DNA of 64,000 nt, from assembly GCA_951406725.2 (NCBI GenBank), contig OX597822.1:38440001-38504000 (forward strand), read 5' to 3'. The notes under the pieces were generated by a model. That model searched no databases. It was not told where the DNA came from and worked only from the letters and a program-made list of their open reading frames with translations. Every line of letters begins with the position of its first letter. Positions within the stretch are counted from its first letter, which is position 1. The position numbers were made by a program, and so were the translations under genes. This DNA comes from Octopus vulgaris (lineage: Eukaryota). Below, one piece after another: positions 1-11,699 of the stretch.

Positions 1-56
1 ATGTGGAGATGTTGCCCAGTAGTGTAGTTTCATAATCTGGATATGCTGTTTGGGGT

Positions 57-96
<40 letters not shown>

Positions 97-100
<4 letters not shown>

Positions 101-397
101 AGTGGTTAGAGTATTTGGCTCATGATCATAAGGTCCTGAGTTCAATATTGTCTCCTTGAGCAAGAAACTTTATTTCGCGTTGCTCCAGTCCATTCAACTG
201 GGAAAAAGCGAGTAGTACCTGTAATTCAAAGGACTAGCCACGTCTTATTCTGTGTCATGCTGAATCTCCCTAAGTACAATGTTAAGGGTATGCATATCTG
301 TGGAGTACTCAGCCACCTGCACATTAATTTCACGAGTAGGCTGTTCTGTTGATCAGACCAACTGGAATCCCTGTCATTGTATCCGACGGAGTGCCAG
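97..397 (+). mobile_element. SINE family B (tRNA head, gtccttgagcaag core)
   Basis: tagtggttagag A box, gagttcaat B box, 3' end ccgacggagtgcc. Confidence 0.85.
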
Positions 398-631
398 TCT
401 TTTTGCTTTGTGCATGTGTGTACATGATCAGTATTTAAGTCATTAATATGTAATGATAGAATATTTACAGGTGAAGTTAATCAGTTCCAGAAGCAACTGT
501 AACTGGATAATTAATAATGATCAATTAACTGTTGTTGCCGCTTATCCTTAGATCAGCTGAGATCCAATAGATATATAATCAAAGCCATTCATTTCTGAAA
601 CATTAGCTTTATTTAAAGATGGTAAAGTATA

Positions 632-1038
632 GGCATAGGAGTGGCTGTGTGGTAAGTAACTTGCTTACAAATTCCAGGTTCAGTCCCACTGCGTGGCACC
701 TTGGGCAAGTGTCTTCTACTATGGCCTTGGGCCGACCAAAGCCTTGTGAGTGGATTTGGTAGACGGAAACTGAAAGAAGCTCGTCGTATATATGTATATA
801 TATATTTGTGTGTGTATATGTTTGTGTTTCTGTGTTTGTCCCCCTAACATTGCTTGACAACTGATGCTGGTGTGTTTATGTCCCTGTAACTTAGCAGTTC
901 GGCAAAAGAGACTGATAGAATAAGTACTAGGCTTACAAAGAATAAGTCCTGGGGCCGATTTGCTCAACTAAAGGCGGTGCTCCAGCATGGCCACAGTCAA
1001 ATGACTGAAACAAGTAAAAGAGTAAAAGAGAGTAAAAG
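632..1038 (+). mobile_element. SINE family A (tRNA head, CORE-like segment, internal TA/TG tract, GAGTAAAA tail)
   Basis: A box tggctgtgtgg, B box ggttcagtccc, accttgggcaagt as at the start of the MIR/CORE domain; about 14 copies in the window. Confidence 0.9.
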
Positions 1039-1112
1039 CGTGTATATATATATATGCTGGATAATGTTGGGGGTGTTTCACACTGCAGTGTACACATAAT
1101 ACATCTAACCTA

Positions 1113-1864
1113 CTGTATTTGATAGCCTATAAGACACACCTTTTTTTCCCCCAAAATGGCTTAAAAAATCCCTGTGTCTAATGCACTCAATGTAGGCTGA
1201 AAACTCAATTGCTGTTTGTACATATTATACATTACTGATGATGGCTTGGTCTTTTTATTATTTTTTCCTTAAATCTGGAGATAAGAGTTTTTATAGAACA
1301 TTCAATTTTTTCCCATATAATACTGTTTTTTTTTTATCATATATTTTATAACAAATTGTCCTGTGGTATAATTATCAGATTTGTTAGTTCGCAAGACACA
1401 AACAGCAACTAATGTTTACCATATTTTTGGAATATACCGTAAACTACAGTATCATTTATTATTATTGACACTACTGAAAGTGCTTGTAACTAACACTAAA
1501 TAATTTACATAAAGATAATGGAAAATACCAGCATTTCTAATACTATATTCTACAAGAAAGAACAACATGGTAACATCAGAGGGGGTAGGGGAGGGTTCAT
1601 GGATAGCAGGGCATTACTAATTGCCTATGGTATGTATGTTTACAAAATGTGTGCTGCCATCTATTGGTGAACAATCGCCTATGGTATGTTTATATTGAAT
1701 GTGGATACAATAAATTGTTTATAATTACCGGTAATATCATTAAGTAATACAGGTAAGTGGAGAAATTAAAACATTTATTTTAGTGGTAATTTATTTTACA
1801 AAAGTATAGCCTAGGCTAGGGTGCGTCCTATGCACTTGTGCGTCTTACAGGCCATCAAATATGG
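1113..1864. mobile_element. pogo/Tigger-type MITE
   Basis: TIRs ctgtatttgatagcctataagacacac / gtgcgtcttacaggccatcaaatatgg, TA on both sides. Confidence 0.75.
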
Positions 1865-2134
1865 TATATAGTAAATATATAAACAGGGCTAATTAGGCTA
1901 TTTCTTTGTAGATTGAAAATAATAACGAACAGCCTTAATTGATTTTCAAACCTTACTGGATTCTCATCAGAGGTGTCTGCATTAAGTTAACCAATCCCAG
2001 AGAAAGAAGCAACCAATTTGTTTATATACTCAACAATTTCAGCAGCTACAGAAGACTGGCGCCACTAATTTGTAGACTGTAAGTGTTCCCACTTTATATA
2101 ATAGCAGGGGCCTATCAATAGGGATCTCAGTCCA

Positions 2135-2350
2135 AAGGCAAGCTGGCAGAAGTGTTAGCATGCCAGGCAAAAATGCTTAGCAGTATTTCGTCTGTCTTTA
2201 CATTCTGAGCTCAAATTCTGCCGAGGTCAACTTTGCCTTTTGTCCTTTCAGAGTTGATAAATTAAGTACCAGTTGCATACTGGGATCGATCTAATCGACT
2301 GTTCCCTCCCCCAAAATTTCAGGCCTTGTACATAGAGTAGGATAGAAAAG
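2135..2350 (+). mobile_element. SINE family C
   Basis: aaggcaagctggcagaa...tcaaattctgccgaggtc...gataaattaagtaccag...aaatttcaggccttg; more than 20 copies or fragments in the window. Confidence 0.85.
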
Positions 2351-2431
2351 GGATCTTAGTCCATACAGTATCAAGATATGATATAATATATGTAACCTTG
2401 GTAAATGTCTATACATGTAGTGGTATATATG

Positions 2432-2755
2432 GGAAGGCGTGTGGCTTAGTGGTTAGGGTATTCAACTTGTGATTGTAGCGTCACGAGTTCAATTCCTGGC
2501 GGTGTGTTGTGTCCTTGAGCAAGATACTTTATTTCTCATTGCTGCAGTCCATTCAGCTGGCAAAAATGAGTAGTATCTGTATTTCAAGGGGCCGGCCTTG
2601 TCGCACTCTGTGTCATGCTGAATCTCCCTGAGAAATATGTAAAGGGGTACACGGGTCTGTGGAGTGCTCAGTCACTTGCATGTTAATTTCACGAGCAAGC
2701 TGTTCTGTTGATCATATCAGCTGGGACCCTCATCGTCATAACCGATGGAGTGCTC
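2432..2755 (+). mobile_element. SINE family B, full length
   Basis: tggcttagtgg / gagttcaattcc boxes; matches 97-397. Confidence 0.9.
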
Positions 2756-3113
2756 CTTTTATATATATATATATATAAAAGTATGTGTGTGTGTGTGTGT
2801 GATATATACCTGATTATCTTGCACATAGTTGCACACTGAGTAAGAAACATGCTAGATCTAGCTACATACACACACAAGCCAGAGTAATGTATAATACTGT
2901 ATGTATGTATGTGCATCTGTATTAGTTTGAACTTGTTAGGTGAAATACAAGGAAGGAGGGGAAGGATAAGTGGTATGTGTGTGTGCAGAGGGGAGTGAAA
3001 GTTAGAGGAAATAGAGGGTAAGGTGAAAAAGTGTGTGTGTGCGTGGGGAGAGTAAGGTGAAATGGGGAAGAGGAAGAAGAATAAAGTAAGATGGAGGTAG
3101 AGTAACAGTAAAT

Positions 3114-3508
3114 GCCAGTGGCTGCACTACGCTCCAATCTGATCTGACAACGTTTCTACAGCTGGATGCCTTTCCTAACACCAACCCCTCTGAGAGTGTA
3201 GTGGGTGCTTTTTGCATACCACCAGTACAGGAACCACGTCTGGCGGCCCTAGCATCGATCACGTTCGGATAGTGCATTTTATGTGCCACTGGCATGGGAG
3301 CCAGTTGGGGGCACTGGCGTTGTCCACGTTCAGATGGTGCTTTTTATGTGCCACTGGCACGGGAGCCTGTCAGGCAGCCCTGGCATCAATCACTTTCGGA
3401 TAGTATCAGATCAGATTGGAGCATAGTGCAGCCACTGGCTCTCCAGACCTCAGTCAAACCGTCCAACCCATGCCAGCATGGAAAACGGACGTTAAATGAT
3501 GATGATGA
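3114..3508. mobile_element. Family D retroposon with 5' inversion
   Basis: Minus-oriented body 3114-3403 with three 66-bp units, plus-oriented 3' end 3406-3508 ending (gat)n. Confidence 0.8.
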
Positions 3509-3764
3509 GGTGTAAGGTAGCAAGTTGGCAGAACTGTTAGCATGTTGGACAAAATGTTTAGTAGCATTTAATCCTTCTTTACATTCTCAGTTCAAAATTC
3601 CACTGAGGTGGACTTAGCCTTTCATCCTTTCATAGTTGATAAAATATGGTGTAATCAACTTCCCCCTCCCCTCAAAAACCTCTCTGCTGAAATTTGAAAC
3701 CATTATTATGAACAGGTGTAACATACACTACCATACTTCAATTCATACCACTTCTCTCCATTGG

Positions 3765-4070
3765 TTACGTCGAGGAGGGTTCGAAATGGTCTGATTAACG
3801 GAACAGCCTGCTTGTAAAATTAATGTGCAAGTGGCTGAGCACTCCACAGATATGCAAACCCTTAATGTAGCTCTTGGGGAGATTCAGCATGACACAGAAT
3901 GAGATGAGGCTGGCCCCTTTGAATTACAGGTACAGCTCACTTTTTCCAGCTGAACGGACTGGAACAACTTAAAAAAAGAAGTGTCTTGCTCAAGGACACA
4001 ACATGCTGTGAGGAATTGAACTCACTACCATGTGATCATGACTGAATATCCTGACCACTAAGCCATGTAC
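3765..4070 (-). mobile_element. SINE family B
   Basis: Reverse complement of 2432-2755. Confidence 0.85.
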
Positions 4071-4203
4071 TCTCACACACACAAACAATGAGAACTGACC
4101 AGTGACATAGGAATATTTGATGATGAATCTGTCAGCCAATACTGACCAATAAAATGTGTTCGTGGTGTATCTGGTCAAAGAGAAATAACCAGTGGTGTAC
4201 TGT

Positions 4204-4654
4204 TTTCTACTCTAGGAACAAGGCCTGAAATTTTGGGGGAGTGGAGAGGTAGCCGATTAGATTGACCCCAGTATGCAATGGGTACTTAATGTATCGATCC
4301 TGAAAGGATGAAAGGCAAAGTTCACCTTGATGCAATTTGAGCTCAGAATGTGAAGACAAACGAAATACCGCTAAACATTTCGCCCTGCATGCTAATGTTT
4401 CTGCCAGCTGGCCACCTTTCATTGTGCGGTATATTCTTTTCTACTCTAGGCACAAGCCCCGAAATTTTTTGGGGGGTGGGGGGACAGGCGATTAGATCGA
4501 CCCCAGTATGCAACTGGTACTTAATTTATCGAACCTGAAAGGATGAAAGGCAAAGGTGACCTCGGCGAAATTTGAACTCAGAACGTCAAGACAGATGAAA
4601 TACTGTTAAGCATTTTCGCCAAGCATCCTAATGTTTCTGCCAGCTCGCTGCCTT
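4204..4654 (-). mobile_element. Two tandem SINE-C copies
   Basis: About 4204-4417 and 4436-4654, both starting tttctactctagg on the plus strand. Confidence 0.85.
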
Positions 4655-5039
4655 AACCAGTGGCATATTGATGTGATGCTATATCTGGCAAGACCTTAAT
4701 TACCAGCAGATAATATAAATGGTCAATTACAATGTTAGGTCAACCATGGTCAAACCAGTGACTCAATAAGGATAGCCCAGTAGCTAAACTATAATAACGA
4801 TCATCCAGATCCTTTTCTATTACAGCCCTTCAGCCAACTTTTACTGTGGGGCATGAACATTCGAGAATGTAAGAACATGGCAATATGTGTTGTCATCTTC
4901 AAGAAAATAGGAATTTGATGCCAGGAGGGTTAGTTATACTATACAGAGCAGAGCAGCTCCGGCTTAGCCATTTTTAATGGTGCCTGTGTATATCCTAGAC
5001 AGTAGGGAATTTGTGAAAGGAAGTTTGCTTGCTATGTGG

Positions 5040-5090
5040 AAGAGGTCATGTGACTATAGAAAAGCTCTCTCATTGGTTCTGATTGGTTGT
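5040..5090. promoter_or_regulatory. Candidate intronic promoter or enhancer motif cluster
   Basis: gtcatgtgac (MITF/TFE/USF-type E-box) at 5045-5054 next to two ATTGG boxes at 5072 and 5082. Confidence 0.3.
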
Positions 5091-5959
5091 ACGAGAGTGT
5101 ATGCATGTGTGTGTGTGCTTAGATGTATACCCAGGTGTAGAGATAACAAAAGAGGGGAAATGATTACACACACACACACAGCACAGATATATGTATACAC
5201 ACACACACACACACACATATATCCATACACACATGAAGTCTTCACCTCATCATAAAATTTTGTGGCATATAGCATGCAGAGAGACTGGAGAGAGAGGGGG
5301 AGAGAGAAAGAAAGGAGAGAGAGAAGGAATTAAAATGGCTGCTCAGTGGAGGGAATGAGTAAAAATTGCATGGGTGAGTCACACCTAAAAACACACACAC
5401 ACACACACAATATTACAGTAGCCTACATCATACACACACACTATTATGATAGCATATATCACACATACAACCACACTTATGCAAATATAAACAGTATAAG
5501 TGTAAGATGTGTGTGTGTGTATGTGTGTTTAGATTAGAGGCTATTGTGTATATAGGTTTGTGTAGAGTGATGTATGTGTGTGTATACTCAATGAGAATTA
5601 AATGAGAGTGAGAGGGGGGGAACGTTGAGTGAGAGAAGGCAGAGTGGGAGAGAAAGAAAGAGAGGGACAGACAGACGGTGGTGGTGGTGGAGTGTAATAA
5701 AAATGGTGGAAGGTTGCTGGAGACAAGTCAGACAGTCTGTGTGTGGGGTGGGGGATTGTTAATTGGAGAAGGATCCAGGAAGTTGAGGGTTACAGATTAG
5801 GGATAGAATATAGTAAAAAAGGGAAAGAAAAAAAGGGAGAGGAGAGGTGTAGATGTAAATCACAATAGAGAGAGTGAAGGGTGTCCTGCTGATAACCACC
5901 AAATCTTATTGGAGGAGAAAGGGTGCAGGAGCTCCTTAATGTCCCCTCCCACCCTTTAC

Positions 5960-6155
5960 TCATGCAGCTCCAAGAGTATAAATGCCATCGGCACCTCCCT
6001 GCGCTACATCGCAGATGCCTCTGCTGCTACTACTGCTGCTGCTGCTGGTACTGGTGCTGCTGCTGCTGCTAATACCCTTTCCCAATCATCCGCCAATCTC
6101 CCGTCACCATGCTATGACTCAGTTTATATTATACCCAGGAGCGGAGTGCGGTGGG
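5960..6155. promoter_or_regulatory. Candidate CpG-rich intronic regulatory element
   Basis: Several CpGs, two CCAAT boxes (about 6082, 6093), AP-1 tgactca (about 6116), TATA-like tttatattata. Confidence 0.3.
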
Positions 6156-6291
6156 GGAAGGGAAAGGAGAAGCATAAATGCGAACGTGCATGCGTGTGTG
6201 TGTGTGTAGAAAATTGCCAAAAGTCAGACTACTTAGATGTTCAGAGGAAATAGTCACACTAGTAATATATATATATGTATGCATGTATGCA

Positions 6292-6332
<41 letters not shown>

Positions 6333-6504
6333 GTATGTGTGTGTGTGTATTGTTGTTATTTGGATGTGGTTAGGGGTGGGGAGAAGGGGTGCATGTGTCC
6401 CACAGACTCAGACATGGGGGAAAGGTTGCAGTGATGATGGAACTTGGACTTATTCGGATGCAAGTGCACATGCACTGTACACACACACACACACACACAA
6501 TATA

Positions 6505-7728
6505 CAGGGGTAGGACAGAATAATGGAAACATCACTTTTATTTAACTTTTTTCTTCTATTCTTCTATTGGCAACATGACAAATCCAAAACTGTTCTAGTT
6601 TGTATATTGGTGTTTATATGTATTATTTATTCATCATTATACTTCATGATATAGCCCTCTGCTTTTTTCTTTTCTTTTGCAGATATTTATATTTAAATAA
6701 GTTAAAATGCATGACCTATCTGATTTCCAAATAGGACAAATTGCTGGAGCATGGAGGAATGGAACTTCATATATTAAAACTGCTGAGCTGTTGAATGTTT
6801 TGAGTGGCACCGTCTCAAATATCATGTTGGTATTCCAAAACAAAGGTAAAAACCAGCTCTAGCAAACATAATTCTGGACAGAATGGAAGGCTCACAGAGA
6901 GAGACCACAGAGTAGTGACATGTATTGTGTCTTAAAACCATTGAACTATAACAACAAAAGTGACAACAGAGCAAAACCACTATCCTACCAACCTTGTGTC
7001 AAACAAAACAGTTTGTTGTGAGCTCCATAAAAGTGGATAACATGGTAGGGCTGCAGTTGAGAAACATCTTTTGTCCCCCATCAACAATAATGAATAGAGA
7101 AAAAAAATGGTCTCTAGACTATTAGAAATGGTCAATGGCTCAGTGGAACAATGTCATTTTCTGTGGTGAATCATCCTTTTCTCCCATATCAGGACCAATT
7201 TATATATGGAGACATTTCAAAGAAGCCCTTAATTCTGATTGTTTGGCCCCCATCTTGAAGCATGAAGGTGACTTTGTGGTGATTTGGGTTGCCATATCAT
7301 AGAATTCTCTTGGCCCATTGGTTGTTCTGTGTGGTAGAGTTAACGCAGCTAAGGATTAGCTGAGTATTTTGGCAGATCATGTCCATCCATTGGTACAGAA
7401 ACTTCCTTGATGGTAGTACAGTTTTCCAGGACAACAATGTGCTGATTCACAAGGAAAATGTTATTCAAAATTGGTATGAAGAGCACAAAAATGAAGTAAA
7501 CCACCTGGACAGGTCCCTAAAATCACTGAATCTGAATATAATAGATTTATAGTGCATTTTGGAGCAGCAAGTGAGGAGCTGTTTCTCTTTGCCATTTTCA
7601 CTGAAAGAGTTAAAGCAGGTTTTACTTGAAGAATGGCTCAAAATTCTCCAAACAACTTTTTAGAACCTGTATGAGTCAATTCTTCAATGTATTAAAGCTG
7701 TGATTAATGCCAAAGGCAGACCAACTCC
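6505..7728 (+). mobile_element. Degenerate Tc1-like DNA transposon (transposase pseudogene)
   Basis: TA|caggggtaggacagaataatggaaacatc left end. From ATG 6707: MHDLSDFQIGQI...WNNVIFCGESSF...VVIWVAIS...VFQDNNVLIH...LNLNII...IKAVINAKGRPT, with stops and frameshifts. Right TIR not found; an RTE fragment abuts it. Confidence 0.9.
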
Positions 7729-7734
7729 TTTGGA

Positions 7735-8110
7735 GTTCAAGATGGGAAAAGTTCAGAGAGCTATTATCTAGGTTGGTAACAAAAGGTTTCCCTTTCAGAG
7801 TGAAAGGCAGATTGTATGATACTTGTGTATGAACAGCAATGCTATATGCTAGTGAAATGTGGGCTGTGAATGCTGAGGATATGCAAAGACTAGAAAGTGT
7901 GCATATGTAACAAAGTGCAAATGTATTGAGAGAAAAACTGGACATAAAGGGCATCAGATGTAGTATGCAAGAGAGATGACTGTGTTGGTATGGTCATGTG
8001 ATGTGTATGGATAAGGACAGCTGTGTAAAGAAGTGAGATCTCTAAATATGGATGGGACTTGTAGAAGTGAGAGATCTAAGAAGACATGGTATGAATATGT
8101 GAGAGTTGTT
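7735..8110 (+). mobile_element. RTE-clade LINE 3' fragment
   Basis: WEKFRELL...VKGRLYDTCV*TAMLYASEMW...LREKLDI...LCWYGHVM, typical of the RTE post-RT region. Confidence 0.8.
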
Positions 8111-8218
8111 TGAGTAGAGCTTAGAAATGACGGTATGGACATGCGATTGTCATGGGTGGTATTTAGGTATTTAGAGTAGAGTTAGGTAATGATGGTAAAT
8201 TTAAGACCAAATACAAAC

Positions 8219-8296
8219 CTTTTTAATTTTAGCATCTTTGATCTTCTCAAGGGCGATACGGATTTTCTCAGCCTGCAGTCTTGCCTTCTGCTCCTC
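8219..8296 (-). CDS. RAPH1: Internal coding exon of an MRL-family adaptor (lamellipodin/RAPH1, RIAM/APBB1IP, pico, MIG-10 type); coiled-coil just N-terminal to the RA domain
   Basis: Minus strand: ...tacattgcag|GAGGAG...AAAAAG|gtttgt, 78 nt, phase 0/0. Translates EEQKARLQAEKIRIALEKIKDAKIKK, which I recognise as the MRL motif preceding the RA domain (human RAPH1 recalled as EEQAAKLKAEKIRVALEKIKEAQVKK). Family is confident; exact orthology within the family is not. Confidence 0.9.
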
Positions 8297-8476
8297 CTGC
8301 AATGTACAAATAATAGTTGTAATAGGGAGTTACTGTAACTCATATGCATAAGTATATAAATAGGTGGGTGTGTACACATATACTTGCAATATAAAATAAC
8401 ACATTCTGCTTCCAAATGCATAGAATACATTTTTTTCAATTTGGAGACACCTTAGTTTTACGACTGTCTAAATATA

Positions 8477-8630
8477 CAATCGTGGCACAAAGTTTGGAAC
8501 ATAGGCCTGAAAATGAGAATTTTTATATTAAATGCCCAAATATATATGTTGTATATATTTGAATTAAATTGTACTTGGGCATAACAATTTCAATTTTTGA
8601 AAAAATGTTTCAAATTTTTGGCATTGACTG
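8477..8630. mobile_element. Tc1-type MITE
   Basis: TA|caatcgtggcacaaagtttggaacat ... atgtttcaaatttttggcattgactg|TA imperfect TIRs. Confidence 0.6.
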
Positions 8631-8671
8631 TACTTGTGTTATTCCACACACATATAACAGTGCAGAGTTAT

Positions 8672-8930
8672 TCATCATCATCATCATTGTTTAACGTCTG
8701 CTTTCCATGCTGGCATGGGTTGGACAATTTGACTGAGGACTGGCGAACCAGATGGCTGCACCAGGCACCAATCTGATCTGGCAGAGTTTCTACAGCTAGA
8801 TGCCATTCCTAACGTCAACCACTCTGAGAGTGTAGTGAGTGCCAGTCAGGCAGTACAGGCAACGGTCACGCTCAAATGGTGTTCTTTACGTGCCACCGGC
8901 ACGGAAGCCAGTTAGCTGCTCTGGAAGCCA
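8672..8930 (-). mobile_element. Family D retroposon ((GAT)n tail, ggaagggcatccagctgtag-type motif)
   Basis: (cat)n gtttaacgtctgctttccatgctggcatgggttggac...; further copies at about 9540-9830, 15620-15700, 26115-26260, 58660-58840, 63345-63570. Confidence 0.8.
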
Positions 8931-9924
8931 GTTAGCATGTTATTATGCATGTTATTACTGCAGTAACACAATAATGTGTACACACAACTGCTGTAATACC
9001 CTGTACCCCTATATGGTCTCAGTACAATGGTTAGAGAACCTTACATCCCAATTTAGGGTACATACTCCTGTTATACTGACTTATCACGATATAAGTTTTA
9101 TATAGTGTATTAGAGTATAATGTATCTCACTGTGGGGTGAACTGTTTATACAGGGTACATGCAAGACAATTCATCAAATCTGACCGGTTTGTGTGAAGAC
9201 AAGACATATATAACAAATGTGTGTATATAGTAGTATTGTATGCAATGATTATAAATCATGAATATATTCAACACCAGTGTATATAACAATTACCATGACT
9301 ACCATTAATGCTACAACAAAGACCACAACGACAGCATCACCAATCCTAATAACTACTACCACAACAACAGCAACATGAATCCTTATAACTACTACAACCA
9401 CAACAACAATAATAACAACGACAATCTTATTGAAGTTATCAATCTGAAAAAACCACCACTACCATCTCTACCATAATCACAACCTCATCCTCATTACCAC
9501 ACTGACACCATTATCATCATCATTGTCATCGTCGTCGTCATCATCATAATCAAATGTCTGCTTTCTTTGCTGGCATGGGTTGGACAGTTCAACAGGAGAT
9601 GGCAAGCTGGAGAGCTGTACCAGGCTCCAACTGTCTGTTTTGGCATAGTTTCTTTGACCGAATGCATTCCTAACACCAACCACTTTACAGAGTGCACTGG
9701 ATGCTTTTATGTGGCACGAGCACAGGTGCTTTTTACGTGGTAACAGCAGCACAGGTGTGTTTTACGTGGCACCAGAAAAGGTGCTTTTTTACATGGTACC
9801 ATTAAAGGGGCTTTTTACGTGGCACCAGTACAATATCCCACCAAATGGGTTCATTGAAATTCATATCTTTTTTCCTTAATGAAACCATGGGCCATTATCT
9901 TTGGAAATACTGCTGTATTATCAA

Positions 9925-10099
9925 CCCTTTATCATTCAGACTACCCTGTCCCATGTCATACTTATTTATTCATGTTGTTTTGAATTAATCTTGCATTATC
10001 TCTTAGCTTCAAGATTTTGATAATGCGCCTGTTTATTTTAAGAACAACATTGCAGGATAGTGTGAGAGGCTGGATCTGGCTGGTTTAAATGCTAAAGAG
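9925..10099 (-). mobile_element. piggyBac-type MITE family F
   Basis: ccctttatcatt ... aatgctaaagag|ttaa; internal sequence shared with 28823-29038. Confidence 0.65.
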
Positions 10100-10448
10100 T
10101 TAATATTCATGCATTTAGGTGGGGAAAACAACAACAGCATCAGTAACAGCAACAACAATAACACCAGCAACAATAACAACAGTGAACATATGATAACAGT
10201 AAGAAAGTAACAATGATTAGGCATGAAACATTTTGGCGCAGCTGTTTCGGTGCCCTCAGTTTGGCATTGTTGATTCAATGCTGATATTTTAATGTTTCTG
10301 GTGTTCTCTCCCCTCTTCAATTTGTCTATGTATGCAAACATATGTCTGTGTATGAGGAGAGGGACCGTAGTTAGGTTGATTACATTCAATTAATAGATTG
10401 TAATGTTTTCTTTCCCACTCTCCCTCACTCCTTCTATCCGTGTGTGAG

Positions 10449-10672
10449 TACTCTTTACTCTTTTATTCTTTTACTTGCTTCAGTCATGTGGCTGTGGCCA
10501 TGCTGGAGCACCGCCTTTAGTCGAGCAAATTGATCCCAGGACTTATTCTTCGTAAGCCTAGTACTTATTCTATTGGTCTCTTTTGCCGAACCGCTAAGTT
10601 ACAAGGATGTAAACACACCAGCATTGGCTGTCAAGCGATGTTGGGAGGACAAACATAGACACACCAACATAT

Positions 10673-10703
<31 letters not shown>

Positions 10704-10868
10704 CATATATACGACGGGCTTCTTTCAGTTTCTGTCTACCAAATCCACTCACAAGGCTTTAGTCGGACCAAGGCCATAGTAGAAGACACTTGCCCAAGGT
10801 GCCATGCAGTGGGACTGAACCCAGAACCATGTGGTTCGTAAGGAAGCCACTTACCACACAGCCACTCT
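10449..10868 (-). mobile_element. SINE family A, full length
   Basis: Reverse complement of 632-1038. Confidence 0.9.
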
Positions 10869-10999
10869 CTCTCTTTTTTTTTTTTTTTTTGTTTCCAATT
10901 GCCAGAATGAGTTGAGTATCCAATCAGTTGTGCCAAGCTGACAGCATCAAAACGGCTGCATTAAATTGTATCATTCCAACAATAGCAATAGTAACAAAA

Positions 11000-11420
11000 A
11001 GTATTGCTTTGAGGTTTGGGACAGTTGCTGATACACACAGAGACATTGTGGGACACTCCCAAAGAACAGGCACGTGACTAAGATGGGTCATTTGCCATCA
11101 ACACATTCCAGCCTCTCGCCCACATACATGCTGTCTCATCTGTCTTCTCAACAACTACTACTGCTGCAACAATGACAACAATGGTCTCTGCTCCTTGAAG
11201 TTAGCTTATCTTGTGTCATCTCCTCTCAGCTATGCCCTTGTCACTTATTTCCTATATTACCTCTACTATCTCAAGCTCAATACTAACCCAAATACCAAGC
11301 CCTTCCTCACCAGAACATTGCCCCTCTGGAATTTCCTCCCTGCATTGTTTTTTTCTGCAGCCATTAACTTGCAACCATTCAAGAAGAATGTTAACCACAT
11401 TGATCTCAGAACACTTGGAG
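11000..11420 (+). mobile_element. CR1/L2/Jockey-group LINE C-terminal fragment
   Basis: ORF 11195 ends FLTRTLPLWNFLPALFFSAAINLQPFKKNVN, the typical ORF2 C-terminal WNxLP...FK motif. Confidence 0.7.
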
Positions 11421-11554
11421 AGCCTGTGAAGACCATGGGCATTGGTCCCATCCTCCAGACCAACCAATGTAGAAGGCCCAAAACACTGAACAATACAAAT
11501 GTGAGCAACATTAACTATAGCAACACTTAACAATACAATAACATCAGCGAGCAT

Positions 11555-11595
<41 letters not shown>

Positions 11596-11699
11596 TAAAT
11601 AATAATAATAATAATAACAGTAAATGACAATAATATTAAACAAGAAAAGCAATATCAAAAGATTGATAGCAACAGTAAAAATAAATACCAAACATGTAA

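Noticed and set aside
609-967. Recurrent ORFs such as QIHSQGFGRPKAIVEDTCPRCHAVGLN and STKSTHKALVG
   Set aside because: Antisense translations of SINE family A copies, not a protein family.
5909-6253. 114-aa poly-Ala ORF
   Set aside because: Built on a (GCT)n tract, runs into TG repeats, no recognisable homology or splice support.
8182-8439. 85-aa ORF overlapping the MRL exon
   Set aside because: Wrong reading frame; the real peptide is in another frame bounded by splice sites.
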